Assembly (NCBI GenBank): GCA_002436105.1
Contig: DIXU01000001.1
Location: forward strand, 265,500-329,499
Direction: 5' to 3'
From: Candidatus Aminicenantes bacterium UBA6072
Lineage (GTDB): Bacteria; Acidobacteriota; Aminicenantia; UBA2199
Length of the DNA: 64,000 nucleotides
Every line of letters begins with the position of its first letter. The stretch's first letter is position 1. This document shows, piece by piece, positions 18,151 to 29,010 of the stretch. The notes under the pieces were generated by a model. The model did not search any database. It worked only from the letters and a program-made list of their open reading frames with translations, and was not told where the DNA came from. The position numbers were made by a program, and so were the translations under genes.

Positions 18151-20554
18151 CCTTGAACACGACCTCCGTGCGGCGCAGGCACGATGTCCATTTTCTCTCC
18201 GGGTCCAGCAGCCGGTAGACGCGGGCGAAGCGTTCCTGGCCCTGGTGGGCAAAATCCATTCCCAGTTTCAGGCCGGCGGCGGAGAAAGCGAGATCGTCAC
18301 CGGGGGCGAGCAGGGCGGCGATATCCTCGTGCCGCGGGGCCTGAAAGCCCGCTGCGGGGGAGGGCCAGGAGAACTGGAAACCGACCCGCTGCAGCCCCTT
18401 GTGAAAAGAGGCCGCGCCGCGGACGAACTCGGCCTTCACGAAGCGGAAGTCGAGGCGCTCCCCGTTCAGGGCGGCGAGCACCTCCGCCTCACCCAGGTCA
18501 CCGGCCACGGCGACTTCGACCACCTCGTCGTCGCCTTCGGACCCGACCGGCAGCGGCGGCAGGGCGGCCATCTTGATGCGCGGATGGAACCCCTGGCTGT
18601 AACGGAACAGAAGGCCCGACATGCGCAACCGGCGCTCCAGGTATTGCATCATCGCCAGGTGCGACAGAAAGCGCAGATCGCCCTTTTTTCGATAATGCAG
18701 GCGCAGGCGGCGGTAGGAGCCAGGCGGTGCGGCCGCCGGCCCCGCCTCGCCCGCCCAGGCGGCAGGCGGGAACTCGCGACGCCCGAAGGCGCAGCCGGCG
18801 CAGAGGGCGCAGTCCTGGCCGGCGCATGACGGGGTCGGTTGGGCGATGCCGCTGCGCAGGTATTCTTCCTCCAGGTGGCGCCGATGGAAATTCAGTTGCA
18901 CGAAATCCCAGGGCAGATCCTCCGCCAGCGGCAGCTCGGAGAGAAAATCGGCGCCCTGCAGCGCGGGCAGCGCCTCCTGCCAGGCGGAGAGGTGGAAATG
19001 GGTGTCCCAGGCGGTATAGGTCTCCCCGCGCCGGTACGCCTCCAGCAGCAGGTCGCCGACGCGGGCGTCGCCGCGGGCCAGTATGGTCTCGACCATGCTC
19101 CGCCCCGGCGAGTGGAAATCCAGGTCGAGGTTCTTGTGGCGCCGCAGCCGGGCGCGCAGGCAGGCGATCTTCTCCTCCAGCTCGGCCATCGGGGCGCGGG
19201 CCGCCCACTGCAGCGGCGTATGCGCCTTGGGGACGAAAGAGGAGAAGGAGGCGTGGATGACGACCCGCGCCCGGCGCTCGCGCGCCGCGGCCAGGACCCT
19301 TTCCAGCAGCAGGGCGATGGCCTCGACATCGGCGGCGGTCTCGCCCGGCAGGCCGATCATGAAGTACATCTTGACCTTCTGCCAGCCGTGCTTCCAGGCG
19401 ATGTCCAGGGCGTGGAAGATCTCGGCGTCGCTGACGTCCTTGTTGATGGCGCGGCGCAAGCGTTCGCTGCCGGCCTCGGGGACGATGGTGATGCCGGTCT
19501 TGCGGAACATGGCCAGGGTGGCGAGCAGCTCCTCGCTCAGGGTCGAGGGTCGCAGCGAGGGGACGGAAAACGAGATGTCGGGCTGGATGGCGGACGGAAT
19601 GCGGCGCAGCAGCTCGCTCAGGCCGGGGTAATCGCCGGAGCTCAGCGAGGCCAGGGAGAACATCTCGTAGCCGGTGGCCGCCAGCGCCCGCTGGATGAAG
19701 TCGAGCGTCGCCGACGCTTCGCGGACGCGGAAAGGGGCGTAGTAGGACTTGGCCTGGCAGAAGCGGCAGTTCTGCGGGCAGCCGCGGGCGATCTCCACGT
19801 TCAGGCGGTTGAAAACAACGTCACAGATGGGGACGATCTCGGCCGGCTCGGGCCTGTTCCGGTCCAGGTCGGGGCAGACCCGCTTGCGCACCGTCCGGCC
19901 GCCGAGGTCCGGGACCAGGAACCGTCCGCGCCGCACCAGCGGATGGCGGGAAGGCACATAAACTCCCGGCACACGGCTGAAGTCCTCCAGGGCGGCGGCC
20001 CGTCCCGTCTTTTGCCGCCTCGCCCTCTCCAGCACGGCCACCAGGTCGGGGAAGAGCGCCTCGCCGTCGCCGAAGGCGAACAGGTCGATGAAGGCGCGCA
20101 GGGGCTCGGGATTGGCCGCGGCGATGCCGCCGGCGGCGATGAAGGGATCGTCGGGGCCGCGTTGCGCGGAAAACTGCGCCAGCCCGGCCAGGTCGAGGGC
20201 CAGCAGCACGTTGGTGAAGTTCAGCTCGCTCAGCAGCGAGAAAGCGACCATGTCAAAATCGGCCAGGGGACTGCGCGTCTCCAGCGAAAACAGCCTCATG
20301 CCGTGCTCGCGGAACAGGGGCACGTTCTCGGGATCGGGCAGGAAAGCCCTTTGGGCATGGACGCCCGGCATGCCGTTGAGCAGGTGGTAAAGGATCTTGA
20401 TGCCGGCGTGGCTCATGCCGATGGCGTAGGTGTCGGGGAAAAGGAGGCAGATGTTGAGGTCGTCGCGGCGGAACCCGCGGCGGCAGGAATTGATCTCCCG
20501 GCCCACATAGGCCTGGGGATTCTTCAAGCGGCCGATGAATTCGTCGGCGTTCAT
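18140..20554 (-). CDS. B12-binding-domain radical SAM protein (TIGR03960-like) fused to a DUF2344/TIGR03936-like C-terminal domain
   Basis: 804 aa. The B12-like N-terminal domain has the radical SAM cluster GCPQNCRFCQA. The C-terminal about 200 aa (YRRLRLHYRKKGDLRFLSHLAMMQ...) matches the DUF2344 family, which is usually a separate adjacent ORF. Confidence 0.8.
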   Translation of the reverse strand: MNADEFIGRLKNPQAYVGREINSCRRGFRRDDLNICLLFPDTYAIGMSHAGIKILYHLLNGMPGVHAQRAFLPDPENVPLFREHGMRLFSLETRSPLADFDMVAFSLLSELNFTNVLLALDLAGLAQFSAQRGPDDPFIAAGGIAAANPEPLRAFIDLFAFGDGEALFPDLVAVLERARRQKTGRAAALEDFSRVPGVYVPSRHPLVRRGRFLVPDLGGRTVRKRVCPDLDRNRPEPAEIVPICDVVFNRLNVEIARGCPQNCRFCQAKSYYAPFRVREASATLDFIQRALAATGYEMFSLASLSSGDYPGLSELLRRIPSAIQPDISFSVPSLRPSTLSEELLATLAMFRKTGITIVPEAGSERLRRAINKDVSDAEIFHALDIAWKHGWQKVKMYFMIGLPGETAADVEAIALLLERVLAAARERRARVVIHASFSSFVPKAHTPLQWAARAPMAELEEKIACLRARLRRHKNLDLDFHSPGRSMVETILARGDARVGDLLLEAYRRGETYTAWDTHFHLSAWQEALPALQGADFLSELPLAEDLPWDFVQLNFHRRHLEEEYLRSGIAQPTPSCAGQDCALCAGCAFGRREFPPAAWAGEAGPAAAPPGSYRRLRLHYRKKGDLRFLSHLAMMQYLERRLRMSGLLFRYSQGFHPRIKMAALPPLPVGSEGDDEVVEVAVAGDLGEAEVLAALNGERLDFRFVKAEFVRGAASFHKGLQRVGFQFSWPSPAAGFQAPRHEDIAALLAPGDDLAFSAAGLKLGMDFAHQGQERFARVYRLLDPERKWTSCLRRTEVVFKDED

Positions 20555-21621
20555 GTCAGGTAGGTGTTGATCTTGATGCGGAAGATGACGGCCTCGCCGA
20601 TGAACAGCGAGAGCAATGACGAGCCGCCGTAGGAGACGAAGGGCAGGGAGATGCCCAGCACCGGGAACAGGCCGATGGCCATCGACACGTTGATCAGGAA
20701 CTGGAACAGGACCAGGCCGTTGAACAGGTAGACGAAATAGAATTCCTCGTCGCTCTGGTGCTTGAAGCGCAGCTGGCGGTAAAAAACGAGGAAGAAAGCG
20801 AAGAAGAGCATGGACACCCCGAGGAAACCGAACTCCTCGCCGATGACCGAGACGATGAAATCGGTATGGCGCGCCGGCAGGAACTGGTAGCGGGACTGCG
20901 AGCCCTTCAGGTATCCCTTGCCCGCCAGCCCGCCCGAGCCGATGGCAATGCGCGACTGGATGATATGGTAGCCGGTGGAATCCTTGTACTGCGCGGGATC
21001 CATGAAGGAAACGATGCGCTCCTTCTGATAGGGCTTGAGCACGGAATGCCAGCCGATGCCGCCGGCGGCGGCGGCCAGCAGGACGGTGATCAGAACCAGC
21101 GCCGGCCGCACCTTTTTCAGCAGCATGACCAGAGGGATGAAGCCGCAGAGGATGAACGAGATCCCCATGTCGGGCTGAAGGACGATCAGGGCCACGGGGA
21201 CGGAAATGACCATGATCATTTTCAGGTAGGCCCTGCCGTCCACCTCATCGATCTGGGCCAGGAGCTTGGCCAGGTAGACGGCCAGGGGCACCTTAACGAA
21301 TTCAGAGAACTGGAAGCCGATGCCCCAGAGGCGGAACCAGCTCCGGGTGCGGGCAACGGTCCCGCCCACGGTGATCTGCAGGGCCAGGACCGCCAGCAGC
21401 ACCAGGTAGACGATGAAGGCCTTGCGGAAAATGAATTCGGTCTTCAGCGAAAAGACGGCGACGAAGGCCAGCAGGGAAACGCCCAGCCAGGCGACCTGTT
21501 TCAGGTAGTGGGTTTCGCCACTGGAATGGCCGGCGCTGTAGACCAGCAGAATGCCGGCCAGCGCCAGCGTCAGCAGCAGCGCGAACGTGAGCTTGTCGAA
21601 ATACTTAATGGTGTCTTTCAT
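20551..21621 (-). CDS. rodA: Rod shape-determining protein RodA (SEDS family)
   Basis: FtsW/RodA/SpoVE family, 10-TM. Start is probably the Met at 21621 (MKDTIKYF...). The longer ORF to 21735 would overlap mrdA. Confidence 0.85.
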   Translation of the reverse strand: MKDTIKYFDKLTFALLLTLALAGILLVYSAGHSSGETHYLKQVAWLGVSLLAFVAVFSLKTEFIFRKAFIVYLVLLAVLALQITVGGTVARTRSWFRLWGIGFQFSEFVKVPLAVYLAKLLAQIDEVDGRAYLKMIMVISVPVALIVLQPDMGISFILCGFIPLVMLLKKVRPALVLITVLLAAAAGGIGWHSVLKPYQKERIVSFMDPAQYKDSTGYHIIQSRIAIGSGGLAGKGYLKGSQSRYQFLPARHTDFIVSVIGEEFGFLGVSMLFFAFFLVFYRQLRFKHQSDEEFYFVYLFNGLVLFQFLINVSMAIGLFPVLGISLPFVSYGGSSLLSLFIGEAVIFRIKINTYLT

Positions 21622-23422
21622 CGGCGAAATACTTGCGATAAACCTGCCCCGCCAGGGGCGCGGCGATCGCCCCGGCATCGCCGCCGTTCTCCACCAGGAC
21701 CACCATGGCCAGGCGCGGATTCTGGCGCGGAGCAAAGGAAACGAACCACGAATGGGGCATGAAGCGCTTCTCCTTGGTCAGGCGCTTGTACTGTGGGTTC
21801 TCCTTGGTGATGATCTGCGATGTCCCCGTCTTGCCGCAGACATCCAGGCCGGGGATGCGGGCCGCCCGGCCGGTCCCCTCCTGGTTGACCACGCGGAACA
21901 GCCCCTCGACGACCTTCTCGAAGTGCTCCGCGGCGATGTCCACGCGCTTGAACTCCGGGCTGAACTCGCGGACGACTTTTCCCTGACGCTCGATGCGCTG
22001 CAGCAGGTGTGGCGTGGGCATGCGCCCGCGCAGGGCCACGGTGGCGATCAGCTTGAGCAACTGCGCCGGGGTGACGTTCAGCTGGCCGTGGCCGATGGAC
22101 ACCGAGATGGTCTCTCCCGGGAACCAGCGCTGCCGGAACGCCTCCAGCTTCCAGGCGCTGTCGGGGACCAGCCCCGGCCTCTCATTGGGCAGGTCGATGC
22201 CGCTCGCCTCGCCCAGTCCCAGCATGCGCGCGTAGCGGGCGATGGTGTCGATGTCCATCCTCTGCCCCAGGTTATAGAAATAGATGTTGCAGGAATCCTG
22301 CAGCGCCGTGAAGAGGTCCACCGTTCCGTGCCCACCCGGCTTCCAGCAATGGAAGGTCCGGCCGTAAAAAACCTGGCTGCCCGAGCAGTACTGGGCATGG
22401 GCAGGGGTGATCAGCTTCTCCTGCAGACCGGCCAGGGCCATGACGATCTTGAACACCGAACCCGGCGAGTACGCGCCCTGCAGGAACTTGTCCTGCAGCG
22501 GGTTGCGCGGGTCGTCACGGATCGCCTGCCACTCCGCGCCCGCCATCTCCCGGGAAAAGATCTCGGGATCGAAGGCGGGTTTGCTGACCAGGGCCAGGAT
22601 GCCGCCGCTGGCCAGGTCCATGACTCCGACCACACCGCTTTCTTCCCCCAGGAGGTCCTCGACGGCGCGCTGCAGGTCCAGGTCCAGGGTCAGGACGACG
22701 GTGGCGCCGATCACCGGCTTGGTTTCGGCGCTGACCTGCTGCACCTTCTCCACGCTGTTCTTGATGACGGTCTGCTCTCCCTTGCTGCCCTTCAAGAAAC
22801 GTTCGTACTGCTTCTCGATGCCGCTGCGGCCGATGCGGTCGCTCGGGCCGTAGGCGCCGGGGTCCAGTCCCGCCAGCTCCGCTTCGCTGACCTCGGACAT
22901 GTGTCCCAGGACATGGGCGGCTCTTTCGGCCAACGGGAAAGTGCGGTTGGGCTCGATTCCGATCTCGAACTCCGGGAATTCCTCCTGGCGGCTCTGGATG
23001 AAGACCACCGTACCCTGCGGCAGGTTGCTGCGGACGGGGATGCGGTAGAACATCGCGTACTTCCTGTATTTGGCAATGACCTGGCGGATCGCGGCGACGC
23101 TTTTTCCGGAGAAGAAGCTGGCCCGCCGGATCGTCTTTTCCAGGTCCTCCACGTTCTCCCGCACCAGGTACAGGGTGAAGTTGATCCGGTTTTCCGCCAT
23201 GACCCTGCCGGAACGGTCGACGATCAGTCCCCGTGGCGCGGGCAGATCGACCTTGCGCGTGATGTTGCGCATGGCCAGGCGCTGGTATTTTGCATTCTGC
23301 ACGACCTGGATGCTCCAGAAGACCACGAAGAGCGAGGTGAAAAGTACGACCAGGAGGACGGTCGAAAGGAGCGCCGCGCGCTTGATGAACCCGGGGGTGA
23401 GCCTCCTCTTGCTAAGATACAT
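21605..23422 (-). CDS. mrdA: Penicillin-binding protein 2 (class B transpeptidase)
   Basis: N-terminal TM, PBP dimerisation domain and transpeptidase motifs (STFK-like SVFK, SxN, KTG). It sits in the mreBCD-mrdA-rodA order. Confidence 0.9.
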   Translation of the reverse strand: MYLSKRRLTPGFIKRAALLSTVLLVVLFTSLFVVFWSIQVVQNAKYQRLAMRNITRKVDLPAPRGLIVDRSGRVMAENRINFTLYLVRENVEDLEKTIRRASFFSGKSVAAIRQVIAKYRKYAMFYRIPVRSNLPQGTVVFIQSRQEEFPEFEIGIEPNRTFPLAERAAHVLGHMSEVSEAELAGLDPGAYGPSDRIGRSGIEKQYERFLKGSKGEQTVIKNSVEKVQQVSAETKPVIGATVVLTLDLDLQRAVEDLLGEESGVVGVMDLASGGILALVSKPAFDPEIFSREMAGAEWQAIRDDPRNPLQDKFLQGAYSPGSVFKIVMALAGLQEKLITPAHAQYCSGSQVFYGRTFHCWKPGGHGTVDLFTALQDSCNIYFYNLGQRMDIDTIARYARMLGLGEASGIDLPNERPGLVPDSAWKLEAFRQRWFPGETISVSIGHGQLNVTPAQLLKLIATVALRGRMPTPHLLQRIERQGKVVREFSPEFKRVDIAAEHFEKVVEGLFRVVNQEGTGRAARIPGLDVCGKTGTSQIITKENPQYKRLTKEKRFMPHSWFVSFAPRQNPRLAMVVLVENGGDAGAIAAPLAGQVYRKYFADERHH

Positions 23423-23885
23423 CCAGCAGCGACTTCACTTTTTTCGAGCCCAGGATGACCGTGCCGGCCAGGGCGGTGGCCAGGGGCTGAACCATCAGCA
23501 GGCCGGTCGCGATCCGGTAACGGAAGATCAGCACCAGGAAAACATAGGCCACCAGGTTCGACAGGAACAGGGAGAGATGGATGAGCAGGAAAACGAACAC
23601 GTTTTTCTTCAGGTCCAGGAAGCGCGCCAGCGAGTTCAACAGGAAGGCGGCCAGGGTGCGCGAAAAGGAAAAAACGCCGATGACGCCGCCGGAGAGATAA
23701 TCGCCGGCGAAGCCGATGAGCGCGGCGCTGAGAATGGACGGCATGAAGCGCGAACGGATGGCGATGAAGAAAATGATCAGGTAGAGCAAGTCGATGGAGA
23801 AGCGCAGCGCCGGGTGGTAATGGGCAACGGCGAGCTGGCCAACGGCCAGCAGGATGAACAGGATGAAGCGGAAGCGGCTATTCAT
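23412..23885 (-). CDS. mreD: Rod shape-determining protein MreD
   Basis: 157-aa 5-TM protein immediately downstream of mreC. Confidence 0.75.
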   Translation of the reverse strand: MNSRFRFILFILLAVGQLAVAHYHPALRFSIDLLYLIIFFIAIRSRFMPSILSAALIGFAGDYLSGGVIGVFSFSRTLAAFLLNSLARFLDLKKNVFVFLLIHLSLFLSNLVAYVFLVLIFRYRIATGLLMVQPLATALAGTVILGSKKVKSLLDVS

Positions 23886-24685
23886 GAAGCAGGACCACCA
23901 GCTTCCGGATCGGCTTGTCCACGAAGAATGGCCGGACGGTGACCTCCTGGGTCAGGTAATCCTGGCGGATCGCCGTCACCCTGCCGATCGGAAGCAGGCT
24001 GGGGTAGATCAGGTCCGTTCCCGAGGTGACCACCCGGTCCCCCAGGCGCACCGGCTTGTTGGCCAGCAGGTACTCGAAGCGGCACTCGGGGCCATTGTCC
24101 CCCTTGAGCAGGCCCTCGAGCATGTTGGACTCGATGGCCGCCCCCGTGCCGCCGACGGGACTGGTGATCAGGCGCACCTGGGCGGTGAAGGCGGTCAGCG
24201 GCTTGGCGATGCGGCCGACCAGCTCGGCGTCGGCGTTGAGCACGACATCGTTCTCCACCAGGCCGGCGTGCCTCCCCTGGTCGATCACCAGCATGGCATA
24301 GGGGAAGTTGATGTCGACGGAGATTACCGTGGCCAGCAGGAAGCGGCTGAACTTGCCGCGGGCGGCTTTCAGATCCTGCAGGTCGCGCAGCTGCCGCTTC
24401 AAGGCGATGTTCTCCACGCGCAGGTCGACATGCTTCTTCTTCAACTGCTGGTATTTGCGGTAAATGCCGCGCTGAAAGACATAGCGCTGCAGTTCGTTGC
24501 CCACGAAACCCGTGGCCTTCTGGAAGGTGAGCTGCAGGGGCATGATCATGTTGGCCACGACCGTCTGCAGCAGCGACTGCTGGTTCTTGAGCATGATCTG
24601 CGACGAGATCAGGATCAGGTCGACGAAAAGGATCAGGACCAGGACGGCCGACTTTTTCTCCGTGCTGAGCCCGTGGGCCCCGGGA

Positions 24686-24696
<11 letters not shown>
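23878..24696 (-). CDS. mreC: Rod shape-determining protein MreC
   Basis: N-terminal TM, coiled-coil, beta-rich C-terminal domain. The Met at 24696 is chosen to avoid a 230-bp overlap with mreB. Confidence 0.8.
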
Positions 24697-25717
<1,021 letters not shown>

Positions 25718-25755
25718 GTCATGCTCCTTCGGTTGATACCGGCCACGCCTTGTCG

Positions 25756-26964
25756 TTATTCCTCAAAGATGGTCACCTGCTTCTTCAGGATCGCCTCCAG
25801 CCCGGAGGGCGCCAGGGCCCGGAAAACGATCTCCTTCACCCCGATGCTCTTGTAGGAGATGGTATGGATGAACCGCCCTTCGCCGTCCATCTTGACGGCT
25901 ACGCCATCGACGAACAGCTGGGAATGCGGATCGGCGCTGCCCTTGATCAGCACCATCTCGCCGCTGACGGACAGGGAATCGACCTCAATGCGCGGCGGCT
26001 CGGGCTGCTGGCCTTTTTTCAGCAGCGAGCTGCTGATGGCGATCCGGCCCATGCGCGCGGGCACCGACTCGATGCGCCGCGTCGCGTCGAAGACGGCCAC
26101 CTCCCAGTGCAGCTCGCTGAACTCGATGAAGGGCATGATGTCCAGCGTGACGGCGCTGTCACTGACCACCTTGGTCAGCAGCAGGTTGTCGCGCAATGCC
26201 GACGGGTAGAGTTTCAGGATGTAATCGCGCGCGCCCTGGACGCTCTTCCATTTGAACTGGATGATGGTGTCGTTGGGCTGGGTCAGGGCGATGGTCTCGG
26301 CCTCGGGCGAAATGAAGGGCGGCGGCGGGAACAAGGGGGCCGGGGCGCTCCGGCTGCCGTCGCGGCTGTTCACGTACTGCAGTTCATCCAGGTGAAACAG
26401 CCGGCCGTTCAGGTCGAAATCGAGCGGACCGGAATAGTTCCAGGCCTCGAGCGCCCCTGCGCCCAGCCGCATGCGGCCGGCGGCGGAAAGCGTGAAGATG
26501 TTGCCGCCTTTGAACAGGGAGATCTCCACCGGCCGGCCGGGGGCTTTCCTCTCCCAGTAGAATTCCCCCTTTTCCAGGGTCAGTTCCCGGGTCTGGGGGG
26601 TGAAGCGCAGCGCGCTCCCGGGCAGCGCCGTGAACAGGAAACCCTCGAAGAAGAATTCCCAGGCGGTCTGGGCGTCGGAATGCAGGCGGGCCTCGGAGAC
26701 GAAGTTCAGGGTCCGGATGTCCACCGGGCGCGTCTCCTCGTCGTCGAGCCATAAATTGCCCTTTTCCGAGATGCCGATGACCTGGAAGCCGGTCACGCCC
26801 GAGCCGGGGTCGCGGGCGGAGGAGAGGGAGGGAACGTCGGGGCGGTTCAGCCAGAAAAACGCGGCCATGACGAAAAGGACCGCGGCGGCCAAGAAGAACA
26901 CCCTGGACTTGCTCATGGACCCATGGTAGCAAAATCGCCCCGGAAAATCAATCATGACCGGCAA
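25756..26964 (-). CDS. Hypothetical membrane-anchored protein upstream of mreB
   Basis: 402-aa ORF with an N-terminal TM/signal anchor (FFLAAAVLFVMAAFFWL). No recognisable motif. Start is possibly at 26916. Confidence 0.5.
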   Translation of the reverse strand: MPVMIDFPGRFCYHGSMSKSRVFFLAAAVLFVMAAFFWLNRPDVPSLSSARDPGSGVTGFQVIGISEKGNLWLDDEETRPVDIRTLNFVSEARLHSDAQTAWEFFFEGFLFTALPGSALRFTPQTRELTLEKGEFYWERKAPGRPVEISLFKGGNIFTLSAAGRMRLGAGALEAWNYSGPLDFDLNGRLFHLDELQYVNSRDGSRSAPAPLFPPPPFISPEAETIALTQPNDTIIQFKWKSVQGARDYILKLYPSALRDNLLLTKVVSDSAVTLDIMPFIEFSELHWEVAVFDATRRIESVPARMGRIAISSSLLKKGQQPEPPRIEVDSLSVSGEMVLIKGSADPHSQLFVDGVAVKMDGEGRFIHTISYKSIGVKEIVFRALAPSGLEAILKKQVTIFEE

Positions 26965-26980
26965 AGGCCGGAAAAACCGG

Positions 26981-27532
26981 TCAGCCGATGAAGCCGATTC
27001 CCATAAGGAACTTGAACACCAGCACCGCGATCACGAAGAGCGAGTAGAACAGCACGCGGTACTCCCGATTCTTCATGTACAGGGCGATATCGAAGTTGGC
27101 GTTCTTGATCTTCTTGATCCTGGGGAAAAAGAGATTGGCTTCCCTGGCCCACTCCTCGTAGCGCGCGCCGAAGCGCGCCTTCATCCTTTTCCTCTCGACG
27201 GCGATGAGGAAGGTGAAGAAGAAGACGTAATAGACGGCGCAGATCAGAGCGGTCAGCCAATGGTTGCTGGCGACGGCGATGCCGGCGCCGATGAGGAGAT
27301 TGCCGAAATACAGGGGATTGCGGGTCAAAGAATAGGGGCCCTGGGTGGCCAGTTCCCGGTCCTTGTCGATGTAGCCGGACGACCAGCCGCGGAAGAACAT
27401 GCCGAGCATCATCACGAAGAAGCCGATGACGATCGAGCGTACATCGGGCGTGGCCAGGACCATGACGACGATCAGGGAGATGATCCCGACCAGGGAGCGG
27501 TATTTGATCAGCGTTTCAGTCGCGTTGCGCAT
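26981..27532 (-). CDS. ICMT/PEMT family membrane methyltransferase (second copy)
   Basis: The C-terminal motif is NPLYFGNLLIGAGIAVAS...ERKRMKARFGARYEEWAR. It is a paralog of 12265-12888. Confidence 0.7.
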   Translation of the reverse strand: MRNATETLIKYRSLVGIISLIVVMVLATPDVRSIVIGFFVMMLGMFFRGWSSGYIDKDRELATQGPYSLTRNPLYFGNLLIGAGIAVASNHWLTALICAVYYVFFFTFLIAVERKRMKARFGARYEEWAREANLFFPRIKKIKNANFDIALYMKNREYRVLFYSLFVIAVLVFKFLMGIGFIG

Positions 27533-28526
27533 CGATGTTTCGAGCCGCCGCGAGGATCTCCTCGGCGGCAATGCCATGCAGGCAATTCATTGTATCACAC
27601 CTGCGTCGATAACAGAAACTGCAGGCGAGACGGTGGAAAACGACCCGGCTGGCCGGATGGAGCGGCCCGTTGCGCTCGGGAGAGCTGGGCCCGAATACAC
27701 CCAGCGCCGGGGTGCCCGTCATGCCGGCCAGATGCAGGGCCAGCGTGTCGCCGCTGATGACCAGCCGCGCCCGGGCGATGAAGCAGATCAGGTCGGCGAA
27801 TTCCATGAAGGGGGCCAGGCGCGCGCCGCTCTGCCGGGCGACGGCCACGGCGGTTTCTTTTTCCCGGGCATTGCCCCACAGCATGACCGGGGTATGGCTT
27901 GGATCCAGTCCGCAGGCGACCTGGCGCCACTGCTCCGCGCTCAGGAGCTTGCTGGGCCAGGCGCCGCCGACATTGAGCACGGTCCAACCTTCCTTCAAAC
28001 CCTCCTGCTGCAGCCAGGCATCCAGCTGCCGCGAGGGCCGCCATTCGCGGGACGGGTACTCCACCAGCGGCGCAGTGATGCCCAGGAGGGAGAGCAGGTG
28101 CAGGTTCTTGTGGATCACATGGCGTTCTTCGGGGAATGGGGAAGCCTGCCTGGAATAGAATAGCGCGGCCAGCGGCTCGCGGACATTGCCGCGCCCAAAG
28201 CCGACCCGCGTCCCGCCCAGCAGGAACGAGAGCAGGGAGGATTTGATCAGTCCCTGGAAGTCGAGCAGGATGTCGAAACGGCCGCGCCAGCGGCGGACGA
28301 AGCGCGCCAGGCCGGCGGCCTTGGCCAGCGGGCCGCGCCGGGCCTTGAGGTCGAGAACGATGACCTGGTCGATGCCCGGGATATTGGCCAGCAACGCCGC
28401 ACCGGCGGGCTCGGCGATCCAGCTGATCCTCGCCGCGGGGCGCGCCCGGCGCAGCGCCTGGAATGCCGGCAGGGTATGAACGATGTCTCCCAGGGCTGAC
28501 AGGCGGACGATGGCGATATGTTCCAA
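27516..28526 (-). CDS. Glycosyltransferase family 9 (ADP-heptose:LPS heptosyltransferase, WaaF/WaaC-like)
   Basis: The N-terminal motif is IVRLSALGDIVHTLPAFQALR, and the GT9 C-terminal region is ISGDTLALHLAG. Confidence 0.85.
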   Translation of the reverse strand: MEHIAIVRLSALGDIVHTLPAFQALRRARPAARISWIAEPAGAALLANIPGIDQVIVLDLKARRGPLAKAAGLARFVRRWRGRFDILLDFQGLIKSSLLSFLLGGTRVGFGRGNVREPLAALFYSRQASPFPEERHVIHKNLHLLSLLGITAPLVEYPSREWRPSRQLDAWLQQEGLKEGWTVLNVGGAWPSKLLSAEQWRQVACGLDPSHTPVMLWGNAREKETAVAVARQSGARLAPFMEFADLICFIARARLVISGDTLALHLAGMTGTPALGVFGPSSPERNGPLHPASRVVFHRLACSFCYRRRCDTMNCLHGIAAEEILAAARNIDAQRD

Positions 28527-28527
28527 T

Positions 28528-29010
28528 TTAGCCGTACAATTCCTTGATGCGCCGGATCACCAGCGAGGTGGAGCGGACCTTGCCGCCGCCGACGATCGCC
28601 AGCTGCCCGCCGTAGCCGAGAACGACGTCCCGCTCCGGGATGGATTCCAGGGTGTAGTCCGAACCCTTGCAGTGGAAATGGGGAGTGATGGCCCGCAGCA
28701 CGCGTTCGACCGTCGGCTCGGAGAACAGGGTGACATGGTCCACGCAGGCCAGGGCGCAGAGGATGCGCACGCGACCCGACTCGTCGATGAGGGCGCGCGC
28801 GTCCCCCTTCAGTTCCTTCAGTGAGGAATCGGAGTTCAGGGCGACCACCAGGATATCGCCCAGAGCCTTGGCCTGCTGCAGGTAGCGCACATGGCCCACA
28901 TGGATCAGGTCAAAGCCGCCGTTGGCCAGGACAACGGTCCGGCCCTGAGCTTTCTCCCGCGCCACGACCGCGGCCAGCTGGGGCAGAGTGAGGAATTTAA
29001 CGCAGGGCAT
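28528..29010 (-). CDS. D-glycero-beta-D-manno-heptose 1-phosphate adenylyltransferase (RfaE domain II, HldC-like)
   Basis: Cytidylyltransferase motif GGFDLIHVGHVRYL. The longest ORF (to 29166) has an implausible Trp/Pro-rich N-terminus. The Met at about 29010 overlaps the kinase stop by 14 nt. Confidence 0.8.
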   Translation of the reverse strand: MPCVKFLTLPQLAAVVAREKAQGRTVVLANGGFDLIHVGHVRYLQQAKALGDILVVALNSDSSLKELKGDARALIDESGRVRILCALACVDHVTLFSEPTVERVLRAITPHFHCKGSDYTLESIPERDVVLGYGGQLAIVGGGKVRSTSLVIRRIKELYG